From Mobula hypostoma (Eukaryota): a stretch of DNA of 64,000 bases. The stretch spans positions 94,676,001 to 94,740,000 of the forward strand of contig NC_086097.1 of NCBI RefSeq assembly GCF_963921235.1, given 5' to 3'. This document shows, in pieces, positions 38,091-49,789 of this stretch; positions within the stretch are counted from its first letter, which is position 1, and each line of letters opens with the position of its first letter. Below the pieces are notes generated by a model, which worked only from the letters and a program-made list of their open reading frames with translations, had not been told where the DNA came from and did no database searches. A program made the translations under genes and the position numbers.

Positions 38091-40621
38091 AAATCCCCCA
38101 GTTGCTGATTCAACAAGCCCGGAATCTGGGTCACTGGAGTACTGTCAACTTCTACCCTCCCTCTGGACTGATCTGTAGAGACGTCAAAAGCAACTCCAGT
38201 CTCCCAAAAAAGGCATTTTAAGATGAGATTTCTACTGTCACTTACTGTATACGGAATCACTTTGCAATGCATTCCTGCCTTGGCTATTAAGGGAGACTTT
38301 AAGGCAGATTTAGAGCAGTGTTTAGCTGTCCTGGAATGAATACCCTCTACAACAGGAAGCTTTCATTCTCCAAGGCCTGGCACCTGACACACTAACCACA
38401 GCCAAGCCTAACTTATTAATTTTGTCAGTGTTTTATGCCTGAGGTGCTTCAGTCAGTGAGTCCAACAGAGAAAGCCAGGGAGAACAATACCTTTGTGTGA
38501 TAATGCAGCTAATTCCTGGGGTGTTGTGCGTGGAGAGCTCAAGGCACAACATCGAATGAAACGTTATTTGTGTCTCATCTCACTGGCTGTCAGTCTGCCA
38601 TACTGGAGACCGTTTCACACCTTGCTCCAGGCCTTTGTGTCCAAATGTGAAACATGATTAGCCATGCAAGTTATGAAGTGTCAAAGGAGGGGCTGGAGCA
38701 TCTTTTGGTGCGTAATCCATCTGGAAAATGAGATCGGGGGGAAGTGGAGGAATGAGAAGGGTAGGCACTTGGCTTTCCTCGACTTCCTGGGCACAGACCA
38801 AGGCTTCCTAATTGGGCTCCGTTTTACAAAGAGGGCGTGCTGCTAGTTAGTGAGCTTACAGTGCTACTGATGGACTTAGTGGTTGCTGAGAGTTAGTGTC
38901 TGCCAAGGTCCGTGTTAGTTGCCAGTCTAGAAGGCAATATGGAAGGTAAATACAGAGCTGGCTGCAAACCTGGTAGAAAGAGCAAATTGTGTTAACTAAA
39001 AAGTGTATCAATAAATTCACTTTTTTTCTTCCGAGGGCCCTGCCATGTAATCCTTGCTATTGGCCAAATTAAATATTTTGCCAGGATGTTACTTGTTGTC
39101 AAAGAAGCAAAGAATTCCTTGAAAGATGGAACCCCCTCTGGCATCTTTTGATGGTTTTCCTAGTTATTTTGAGAAATCCATCTTTTTCTATATTTTCCTG
39201 AGCTGTTTGGAGTTGGCTTTGAGGTGTTACGATGGGGATTTGTGGGGTGGAGAGCAATGGATGGTTGTCTAGCCAGTAACACCATGAACAGTCCATGAGA
39301 GAGGCTGCTGGGGAAATATGTGGGACACTAACCAGTCAGCTGGGGTGCTTAAAATCAGACAGGCCGCTCTCCCACTGTGAGCGCAGAGGGAGCTGGGATG
39401 AAAATGAAGCAGTGGGTAGATCATACAACTGCATGAGAAGCTAAGCCAGGCAAGCAGAATAAATGCTACAATCCAGAGAGGCAGCAGATTACTTTGGGCA
39501 CAGTTTAATGATGACAGAGAATGTAGAACAAGAGGAGAAGTGGAGCGAGTGTGGTTGCTGCCTTTGTACTAAGCAGTAAGGGTGGTCAGGGAACACCTGT
39601 GATGAGAAAAAACAGAGTTTTCCCTGAAACATAGTTAACAGGGAAAACAAGTTGTTCTCTTCAACCTGAAATACTGATTCTGTCCTTTCTCCACAGATGC
39701 TGCTCGACCCACTGAGTACTTATTGCAAATTTCTGTGCTGGATTTGTAGTACCTGTGGGTTTTTGTTTTCCACTGTGGCAAGACAACACCATTGGGCCAA
39801 TGAATACAGAGGTCTCACCCTGTGCCAGCAGCTGTAAACTTTAAAGAAGTCGCCTATGCCTCCATTTGACCCGAGGAGATTAAGGAATTTTTGTTCCGCT
39901 ACTTCAGAGCTGATGTCAACCCAAGTTGGCGGAAGACCTCCTGATCTCTACCACATTGTGCCCTGAAGGAACCAGTGTACACTATGCTCCGCGCAATTTC
40001 AGAGCGTCCTCACGCACCTCACAAAAGGCAACTTCTTACTGGTGGGCTTAAACCACATGAGAAATAGCTGAGGTTTGTTTCAGGAAAGTCCAATGAGCAC
40101 AGGCTCATGTGCCTTTGGCCAGCAGGAAAGAATATAAGGAACTGTTCCATCTTGCTCAATCTTTGAACATACCAAATCACTTAAAGCCAGTCATGCATTT
40201 TTGACTGTGGCAACTACTGTAGCACAAGAAACCCAGCCGTCAGTTTAGGGCAGCAAGATCCAATAAACTTTAACTGCACCATCAAGTGTGTCATCTACAT
40301 TTAGAAACAATTGCCCACATGCTGGAGAAGTGTACTACTGTGGCGTAGAGTCTTTCACATTCACCCCAGGAGAAATGTTGTGGCCTTGTCTTAATGCTGC
40401 ATTGAGTGAGGATATACTGTACTTTGGTGCTTTTTCCTTCCATTTCAAAAGGGCCCCTCCCAGGAAAGCCATGAGGTTTCAAATTCAAAGTATATTTATT
40501 AATAAAGTACATCTATGTCACCATAGTCAGTAAATCCAAGAACCACAATAGAATCAATGAAGGACCACACCCCAACAGGACAGATGGACAACTAGTGTGC
40601 AAAAGACAACAAAGTACACAC

Positions 40622-41600
40622 TGTAAGGTTTCACTGTTAATGTAATGGCTTCGTGGCAATGTTCCGCTGTAATGGTTTCTCTGTAGCAGCAATGTTTGGG
40701 TTACGACTAGAGATAACGGGGCATGTTAGCCAATGAGTGGGATGTTATTCTTTCTTGTGTGTCTGGGAGCCGGGAATTTGAGGTCTTTTACTAGGGAGAG
40801 ATGAGGAGAGAAGACGCGAATGGAGAGAGTTGGTAGACTGCCAGACGGAGTGAACTTGGAGCGAGGGTCCGAAGGTCAACGACGATTGGAGGAGGTCGAT
40901 GGTGGACAAACGACCTTATCAGAGAGCTCCAACATTGTTCATTAGACAGTTTCATGAGAATGGGCCCTTTTTATTTGTTTCTTTATTAAACCACATGAGA
41001 ATTTAGAAGATTGAGGGGGGATCTGATTGAAACATATAAGATCCTAAAGGGATTGGACAGGCTAGATGCAGGAAGATTGTTCCCGATGTTAGGGAAGTCC
41101 AGAACGAGGGGTCACAGTTTGAGGATAGAGGGGAAGCCTTTTAGGACCGAGATTAGGAAAAACTTCTTCACACAGGGAGTGGTGAATCTGTGGAATTCTC
41201 TGCCACAGGAAACTGTTGAGGCCAGCTCATTGGCTATATTTAAGAGGGAGTTAGATATGGCCCTTGTGGCTACGGGGGTCAGGGGGTATGGAGGGAAGGC
41301 TGGGGCGGGGTTCTGAGTTGGATGATCAGCCATGATCATAATAAATGGCGGTGCAGGCTCGAAGGGCCGAATGGCCTACTCCTGCACCTATTTTCTATGT
41401 TTCTATGTTTCTATGTAACCATATAGTCAAATTAAGAATTATAAAGCTCAATTGTTTAATCGCATATTGTGTACTTCTTGTTATTTCATGGTACTGATTT
41501 GTAACAGGGGACACATCTTGCAGCATCCACCCAAGCAAGATTTCTTAAGTTTGGCTGGGCTGGGGACTATATTAAACTGCTAGCCGAACCAAGAGTTACT
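40622..41600. mobile_element. Solo-LTR-like element inserted in a LINE tail and itself interrupted by a CR1
   Basis: Ends tgtaag... / ...gttac; interrupts the LINE-tail motif gtgcaaaagacaacaa|tgtgcaaata; ccaat box; no coding remnant. Confidence 0.5.
40997..41416 (+). mobile_element. Young CR1 3' fragment (near-identical to 45470-45885)
   Basis: RGDLIETYKILKGLDRLDAGRLFPMLGKSRTRGH; (TTTCTATG)n tail; flanks aaccacat / aaccatat. Confidence 0.95.
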
Positions 41601-41768
41601 TGTGCAAATATAAAAGAAATAAACAAATAATAATAACAAATAATAAGCAAAAAATATCAAGAACATGAGATGAAGAATCCTTGAAATTGAGCCCATAGGT
41701 TGTGGGAACAATTCAGTGAAGGGGCGAGTGAAGTTGAGTGAAGTTCTCATTCAGAATAAGAAGATGAC

Positions 41769-42170
41769 TATCATGGTCCCGACCGTTGCCTCCTCATATT
41801 CTCCTAATTCCCTTTTCCTCGTGTTCTCCCGGGCTTCTTGATTGCGGCACCTGATTCTCATCTAAACCTGCAGCATAAATACCCCGGTGCTGCATCCACT
41901 CATCGCCAGATTGTTGTTTCTGCCAGTGTGGTGATTCACGTTCCCGGCCACTTAGGATTGTGCATTCTAAGTTTTGTTTCAGCACAGTGGTTTGCCTGTG
42001 TTAACTCTGTCTCTCCGTGTCAAGATAAGTATTGCCTGCCGCCTACCTTTCCGTTCATCCTCCTGTTTGCCGTTCAGCTCCAGCCTCGCTCACGCCCTCG
42101 TCTGCATCCCAACTCTATCTCCGTGCCAGCGTCCTGCGTTTGGGTTCACCCATTCTACGCAACAATGATG
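41769..42170 (+). mobile_element. Gypsy-type solo LTR (degenerate)
   Basis: Starts tatcatgg (TGTCA-like); cacctg and cataaata TATA-like box; cctgcgtttgggt near the 3' end, a layout I recognise from fish Gypsy LTRs. Confidence 0.5.
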
Positions 42171-43199
42171 CAGTCATTCCTGCTGTCAGTTTCTCATCTG
42201 ATGTGGAGGCAGGGTAGCAGCAGGAGTCTTTGCAAAGAGAGAGACAAGAGACCTGCAGATGCTGTAGTATGGAGTTCTGAAGCAGAGCTTCAACCTAAAG
42301 GAACAATTCCTTTCCTCCCAGAGATGCTGATCAAATCGCTAAGTTCTTTCAGCAGTTTGTTTGGTGTCTTGGAAGTGAGGCCTAGCTGAGCTAGGTGTAG
42401 TAATCGAATGAGGCCCATGAGAAGAGAATAATACATCAGGTTGAATGGATTAGTAGTATCTGGAACATCAGACACTTACTCGTTTCTTGCCAAAGTTCAC
42501 ACAAATTCAACAATTTTGACAGACTTGTCAACTCTCTGAAGACTTGATTACAGAACAACTAAAAAATAATTTTATAGCGGTTTTCTTGGGGACCTGGGTG
42601 TCACCGGCAAGGTGCATGCTTGCCATTTATTGTCCATCCCTAATTCCCCGTGAGATGGTGGTGAGCCACCTTCCTGAAGCACTGCAAGTGAGGGTATTCC
42701 CACAGTGCTTTTGGGGATGGAGTCTAGGATTTAGACCAATAAAGATGAAAGAATGGGGACCCCTTCCGATTCAATGTGTTTATGTTCCATAATTTAGTCG
42801 TGTGGTTAGAGGACATTACGTAATCATTGGTCATAGCAGTTCCTCAGAGCAGTGTCCTAGAGCTAGCCCTGTGAGTGTATTTTCATTCTGACCTGAAACA
42901 TCAACTCCACAGATGCATTGAGTTCTTCCAACCATTTGTCTATTTTTGCACCAGATTCCAGAATCTTCAGTCTCCTGTGCACCAACCACTTTGCTTTATC
43001 TATGACCCTCTTTTCATCCTACAGTCAGAAATGGGCTTGTTGTTGATCTTGTAAGTTCCTAGTGGTGCTGTTGCTCTGTTTCTCCTGTACTTGTTCTTGT
43101 CTAGCTGGTAGAGGTCAGGGCCTGGAAGGTACTGTCTAAGGGCTGCCCAACAAATGAAGCCGTCCATTCCTGAATGCAGAAAGACGCTGGCAGCATTCT

Positions 43200-45885
43200 A
43201 GCATAGAAAGGAAGGACATAAGCCGGGAAGATGTAGAATCGATATGGGTAGAGCTGCGTAACACTAAGGGGCAGAAGACGCTGGTGGGAGTTGTGTACAG
43301 GCCACCTAACAGTAGTAGTGAGGTCGGAGATGGTATTAAACAGGAAATTAGAAATGTGTGCAATAAAGGAACAGCAGTTATAATGGGTGACTTCAATCTA
43401 CATGTAGATTGGGTGAACCAAATTGGTAAAGGTGCTGAGGAAGAGGATTTCTTGGAATGTATGCGGGATGGTTTTTTGAACCAACATGTCGAGGAACCAA
43501 CTAGGAGAGCAGGCTATTCTGGACTGGGTTTTGAGCAATGAGGAAGGGTTAATTAGCAATCTTGTCGTGAGAGGCCCCTTGGGTAAGAATGACCATAATA
43601 TGGTGGAATTCTTCATTAAGGTGGAGAGTGACATAGTTAATTCAGAAACAAAGGTTCTGAACTTAAAGAAGAGTAACTTTGAAGGTATGAGACGTGAATT
43701 AGCTAAGATAGACTGGCAAATGACACTTAAAGGATTGACGGTGGATATGCAATGGCAAGCATTTAAAGGTTGCATGGATGAACTACAACAATTGTTCATC
43801 CCAGTTTGGCAAAAGAATAAATCAAGGAAGGTAGTGCACCCGTGGCTGACAAGGGAAATTAGGGATAGTATCAATTCCAAAGAAGAAGCATACAAATTAG
43901 CCAGAGAAAGTGGCTCACCTGAGGACTGGGAGAAATTCAGAGTTCAGCAGAGGAGGACAAAGGGCTTAATTAGGAAGGGGAAAAAAGATTATGAGAGAAA
44001 ACTGGCAGGGAACATAAAAATGGACTGTAAAAGCTTTTATAGATATGTAAAAAGGAAAAGACTGGTAAAGACAAATGTAGGTCCCCTACAGACAGAAACA
44101 GGTGAATTGATTATGGGGAGCAAGGATATGGCAGACCAATTGAATAATTACTTTGGTTCTGTCTTCACTAAGGAGGACATAAATAATCTTCCAGAAATAG
44201 TAGGGGACAGAGGGTCTAGTGAGATGGAGGAACTGAGCGAAATACATGTTAGTAGGGAAGTGGTGTTAGGTAAATTGAAGGGATTGAAGGCAGATAAATC
44301 CCCAGGGCCAGATGGTCTGCATCCTAGAGTGCTTAAGGAAGTAGCCCAAGAAATAGTGGATGCATTAGTGATAATTTTTCAAAACTCGTTAGATTCTGGA
44401 CTAGTTCCTGAGGATTGGAGGGTGGCTAATGTAACCCCACTTTTTAAAAAAGGAGGGAGAGAGAAACCGGGGAATTATAGACCGGTTAGCCTAACGTCGG
44501 TGGTGGGGAAACTACTGGAGTCAGTTATCAAGGATGTGATAACAGCGCATTTGGAAAGTGGTAAAATGATCGGACAAAGTCAGCATGGATTTGTGAAAGG
44601 AAAATCATGTCTGACGAATCTCATAGAATTTTTTGAGGATGTAACTAGTAGAGTGGATAGGGGAGAACCAGTGGATGTGGTATATTTGGATTTTCAAAAG
44701 GCTTTTGACAAGGTTCCACACAGGAGATTAGTGTGCAAACTTAAAGCACATGGTATTGGGGGTAAGGTATTGATGTGGGTGGAGAATTGGTTAGCAGACA
44801 GGAAGCAAAGAGTGGGAATAAACGGGACCTTTTCAGAATGGCAGGCAGTGACTAGTGGGGTACCGCAAGGCTCAGTGCTGGGACCCCAGTTGTTTACAAT
44901 ATATATTAATGACTTGGATGAGGGAATTAAACGCAGCATCTCCAAGTTTGTGGATGACACGAAGCTGGGTGGCAGTGTTAGCTGTGAGGAGGTTGCTAAG
45001 AGGATGCAGGATGACTTGGATAGGTTGGGTGAGTGGGCAAATTCATGGCAGATGCAATTTAATGTGGATAAATGTGAAGTTATCCACTTTGGTGGCAAAA
45101 ACAGGAAAACAGATTATTATCTGAATGGTGGCCGATTAGGAAAAGGGGAGGTGCAACGAGACCTGGGTGTCATTATACACCAGTCATTGAAAGTGGGCAT
45201 GCAGGTACAGCAGGCGGTGAAAAAGGTGATTGGTATGCTGGCATTCATAGCAAGAGGATTCGAGTACAGGAGCAGGGAGGTACTACTGCAGTTGTACAAG
45301 GCCTTGGTGAGACCACACCTGGAGTATTGTGTGCAGTTTTGGTCCCCTAATCTGAGGAAAGACATCCTTGCCATAGAGGGAGTACAAAGAAGGTTCACCA
45401 GATTGATTCCTGGGATGGCAGGTCTTTCATATGAAGAAAGACTGGATGAACTGGGCTTGTACTCGTTGGAATTTAGAAGATTGAGGGGGGATCTGATTGA
45501 AATGTATAAAATCCTAAAGGGATTGGACAGGCTAGATGCAGGAAGATTGTTCCCGATGTTGGGGAAGTCCAGAACGAGGGGCCACAGTTTGAGGATAGAG
45601 GGGAAGCCTTTTAGGGCCGAGATTAGGAAAAACTTCTTCACACAGAGAGTGGTGAATCTGTGGAATTCTCTGCCACAGAAAACAGTTGAAGCCAGTTCAT
45701 TGACTATATTTAAGAGGGAGTTAGATATGGCCCTTGTGGCTACGGGGGTCAGGGGGTATGGAGGGAAGGCTGGGGTGGGGTTCTGAGTTGGATGATCAGC
45801 CATGATCATAATAAATGGCGGTGCAGGCTCAAAGGGCCGAATGGCCTACTCCTGCACCTATTTTCTATGTTTCTATATTTCTATA
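43200..45885 (+). mobile_element. CR1 LINE, 5'-truncated within APE, near-intact ORF2
   Basis: GVVYRPP, IMGDFN, one frameshift at ~43505, then 766-aa ORF with [37 protein letters not shown]1 tail. Confidence 0.97.
43486..45786 (+). pseudogene. CR1 ORF2 (end of APE + RT + C-terminus), uninterrupted 766 codons
   Basis: ORF track; all RT motifs present; FADD reads FVDD. Confidence 0.93.
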
Positions 45886-46224
45886 AGTGGCAAGCAAGAT
45901 TGAAAGCACGAAAATGCGTGTCAATGACAACATCCAACAAGTAGCACCTACCTTTGACGTTCAATGACACAACCAGGTTCAGACCCACGTCATCCCTACC
46001 CTCATCTCCATCAGCCATTAGGGCCACCTAACTAACCGTGGTGGCTACAAGAACAGATTGGACCTAGGCATCCTCTGATGTCCTGATAATCCAAAACCCG
46101 TTCACCATCTGTAAAGGAGGACATTATAAGTCATCTTCCCTTACTGACAGGTGCAGCACCATCACCCATCCAGAGCAAAGCAACTCACTTGAATGGTTAA
46201 TTGGCCACTGTAAATGACAACTCA

Positions 46225-46590
46225 TGTTCATTCATTATGTGCCATGTTGTATGACGTGGGTGATCATGGTCTTTCCACGACCAGGATTGCTCTTGGCAAA
46301 CTTTCCTATATAAGTAGTTTGTCATTACCTTCTTTACAAGATGGGTGACACCAGTCATTAACAATACTCTTCAGAGATTGCCTGCCTGGTATTAGTGGGT
46401 CTCGTAACTAGGTCTTGTGATATGGACCAGCTGCTCATACGACTATCCACCACCTGCTCCCATGGCTTCACATGATCTTAGTCGGGGGGCTAAGCAAGTG
46501 CTACACCTTGCCCAAGGGCAAGGGTGACCTGCAGGCTAGTGGAGGGAAGGAGCACCTTACACCTGCTTTGATAGAGGCACATCTCCACCT
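46225..46590 (-). mobile_element. RTE-related non-autonomous element/SINE, copy 2
   Basis: Colinear with 34237-34616 (aatactcttcagagattg, gctacaccttgcccaaggg, gagcaccttacacct). Confidence 0.75.
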
Positions 46591-46711
46591 GGTGCAGGCA
46601 AGGTAAATTGGTGAATTGGTTTATCATTGTCCCATGCCCTGAGAGGCGGTGAAAGACTTTGTTTTGCATGCCACCCATAAGGATCATTTAATCACATCAG
46701 TGTATTGAGGC

Positions 46712-47540
46712 AGAATCAGAATCAGAATCAGGTTTATTATCACGGCATGTGTCGTGAAACTTCTTAACTAAGCAGTAGCACTTCAATGCAATACATAATA
46801 ATAAAGAAAGAAAAATTAAGTAAATCAATTACAGTAAGTATATCCATGTATATTAAATAGTTGAAGTAAAGCAGAAATAATATTAAAAAAGTGAGGTAGT
46901 GTTCATGGGTTCAATGTCCATTTAGGAATCGGATGGTAGAGGGGAAGAAGCTGTTCCTGAATTGCTGAGTGTGTGCCTTCAGGTTTCTGTACCTCCTACC
47001 TGATGGTAACAGTGAGAAAAGGGCATGCCCTGGGTGATGGGGGTCCTTAATGATGGACATTGCCTTTCTGAGGCCCTGCTCCTTGAAGATGTCTTGGATA
47101 CCATAGAGGCTAGTACCCAAGATGGAGCCCACCAATTTTACAACTTTCTATAGCTTCTTTTGATCCTGTGCAGTAGCCGCATCCTCCCCCTTCCCCCACC
47201 CCACACAGATGCAGCCCGTCAGAATGCTCTCCATGGTACATATGTAGAAGTTTTTGAATGTTTTAGGTGACAAACCAAATCTCTTCAAACTCCTAATGAA
47301 ATATAGCCATTGTCTTGCCTTCTTTATAGCTGCATCAATATGTTGGGACCAGGTTAGATCCTCAGAGATCTTGACACCCAGGAACTTGAAATTGCTCACT
47401 CTCTCCACTTCCGATCCCTCTATGAGGTTTGGTTCGTGTTCCTTTGTCTTACCCTTTCTGAAGTCCACAATCAGCTCTTTGATCTTACTGACAATGAGTG
47501 CCGGTTGTTGCTGCAACACCACTCGACTAGCTGGCATATC
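46712..47540 (-). mobile_element. Rex1/Babar-like 3' portion
   Basis: IEGSEVERVSNFKFLGVKISEDLTWSQHID; HPGHALFSLLPSGRRY; (CTGATT)n tail. Confidence 0.92.
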
Positions 47541-48752
47541 TCAAACTAAAACCATTCTGCACATGAATAAAGCTGAGTTCAGCATCGAACATTCAGAGGA
47601 ACTAACTGCCCCCCCACCCCCGATTCACACCAACACCCACAATCACACCTTACCAGAGAAAGCATTCAGGCTCGGAGTTCCAACATGGCTGCCCAAAGAA
47701 CACTGCCCCACACCCGCCAAGTGGGGGCTCCAAGCAGTATTCCAGAAACTATCAGCCTGACTGCTCAGTCGTGAGGTCAGGTGACTCAAAGACCTCAGAG
47801 CGCAGGCAGACATCATGAGTTGCCAGGCACTCTGGGTGGAACTCACAGATCTTGAAAGGCACTGCTTTCCACACCGTTTGGAAATTTTGAGGAAAAAGCT
47901 GAACGTACCAACAATTAGTCAGTGCCCAGCTACTGAAGTCAGACCCCCAGGTTACTATTACAGAAACCCCACATGGACTACTGAGTTATTGATGGCATTC
48001 TGCACACCAGAGGGCTAACCTAAGCAGGCAGAACACACTCAGCTCTGTTTCCCGCCTCCCCCGGCCGATAATATGATCTTAGTCCTTCCTGCACGATGAA
48101 AGATCAATGTATGAGATCCGAGTGAAGAATTAACAAGGCTCATGGATTCCATGCAGATTCAGAAAGTCATTATGCCCCCATCCTGCCCTTGCAACTGATT
48201 TATTACGTGTTAAATGTAAATTACATGATTTCCCCCCCAAGGTCAGAGCAATTATGTTTCACAACAAGGGACCTTTGTTGCCTGATTTTCAGTGAGCTGG
48301 AGTTTCTGTCAACATGTGCAACTATTTAAAATTCCTGCTGAAAGTTTTAAAAAAATTGAAAACAGGAGAAGCTGAAAGGAAGGGGGAATGTGTCAGATCG
48401 GATGTGAGATGAGCCATTAACACCTCCAACATATGTGGCGTGCTCGAGCTGGCCCTCTCCCCTGGTACAGATCAGTTCCAGTGTAAGTGGCATCACAAAA
48501 TCTTCTCACTCCCACGCTATTCCCTCCCCTGCTGCACCCAGGGTATTGACAGCACACAACGGCTTGTACAGTTTCGGTCGCCCTGTGATTGGAAAGATGT
48601 TTAAACTAGAGAGAATGCAGAAAAGATTTACCAGGATGGTGCCTGGACTCGGGGGCCTGATCTGCAAGGAGAGTTTGTGTAGACCAGAACTTTATTCTTC
48701 GGAATGTAGGGAATGTAGCAGATTGAGAGCTGATCTGATAGAGGTATAGAAA

Positions 48753-49482
48753 ACATATCAATCCTCATAGAGGGATCAGAAGTGGAGAGAGTGAGCAGTT
48801 TCAAGTTCCTAGGTTTCAAGATCTCTGAGGATCTAACCTGGTCCCAACATATTGATGCAGATATAAAGAAGGCAAGACAGTGACTATACTTCATTAGGAG
48901 CTTGAAGAGATTTGGTATGTCAGCAAGAACACTCAAAAACATCTATAGATGTACCACGGACAGCATTCTGACAGTCTGCAGCACTGTCTGGTATGGGGGA
49001 GGGGGGCTACTGCACAGGACTGAAAGAAGCTGCAGAGGGCTGTAAACTTAGCCGGCTCCATCTTGGGTACTGGCCTACAAAGTTCCCAGGACATCTTTAG
49101 AGAACGGTGTCTCTGAAAGACAGCGTCCATTATTAAGGACCTCCAGCACCCAGGGCATGCCCTTTTCCCACTGTTACCATCAGGCAGGAGGTACAGAAGC
49201 CTGAAGGCACACACTCAGCGATTCAGGAACAGCTTCTTCCCCTCTGCCATCCGATTCCTAAATGGACATTGAACCCATGAACACTACCTCATTTTTAAAA
49301 TATATATTATTTCTATTTTTGCACAATTTTTAATCCATTCAATATACATATGCTGTAATTGATTTACTTATTCATTTATTTTTTACTTTTTTTTTCTTCT
49401 ATATTATGTATTACATTGAACTGCTGCTAAGTTAGCATATTTCACGACACATGCCAGTGTTAATAAACCTGATTCTGATTCT
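48753..49482 (+). mobile_element. Rex1/Babar-like 3' portion, inverted partner of 46712-47540, inserted in an old CR1 (48560-49785)
   Basis: atagagggatcagaagtggagagagtgagc...ctgattctgattctg matches the reverse complement of the upstream copy. Confidence 0.92.
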
Positions 49483-49789
49483 GAAAATCATGAGCGGAAA
49501 GCAGGGAGGGGTTGATAAAACAAGGGGCCGTAGGTTTAAGACCAGAGGCAAGATATTTGAAAGGGATATCAGGGGCAGCTTCTTCACACGAAGTCTGATG
49601 CATATTTGGAACCAGCTTCTAGAGCCAGTCATTTAGGAAGACATGTTACCAACATTTAGAGGCATCCAGATGGGTCTGTAGATAGGAGGGGTTAGAAAGC
49701 TGTGAGCCAAACACGGGTAGATGGGACAGACTGGATGGGCAGCACAATCTGCATGGATGAGATGGGCCAAAGGGCCGGTTTCTCAGGCC

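Noticed and set aside
43398..45809. Antisense ORFs over CR1 copies (e.g. 45117-45809, 50359-50751)
   Set aside because: Shadow frames of LINE ORF2.
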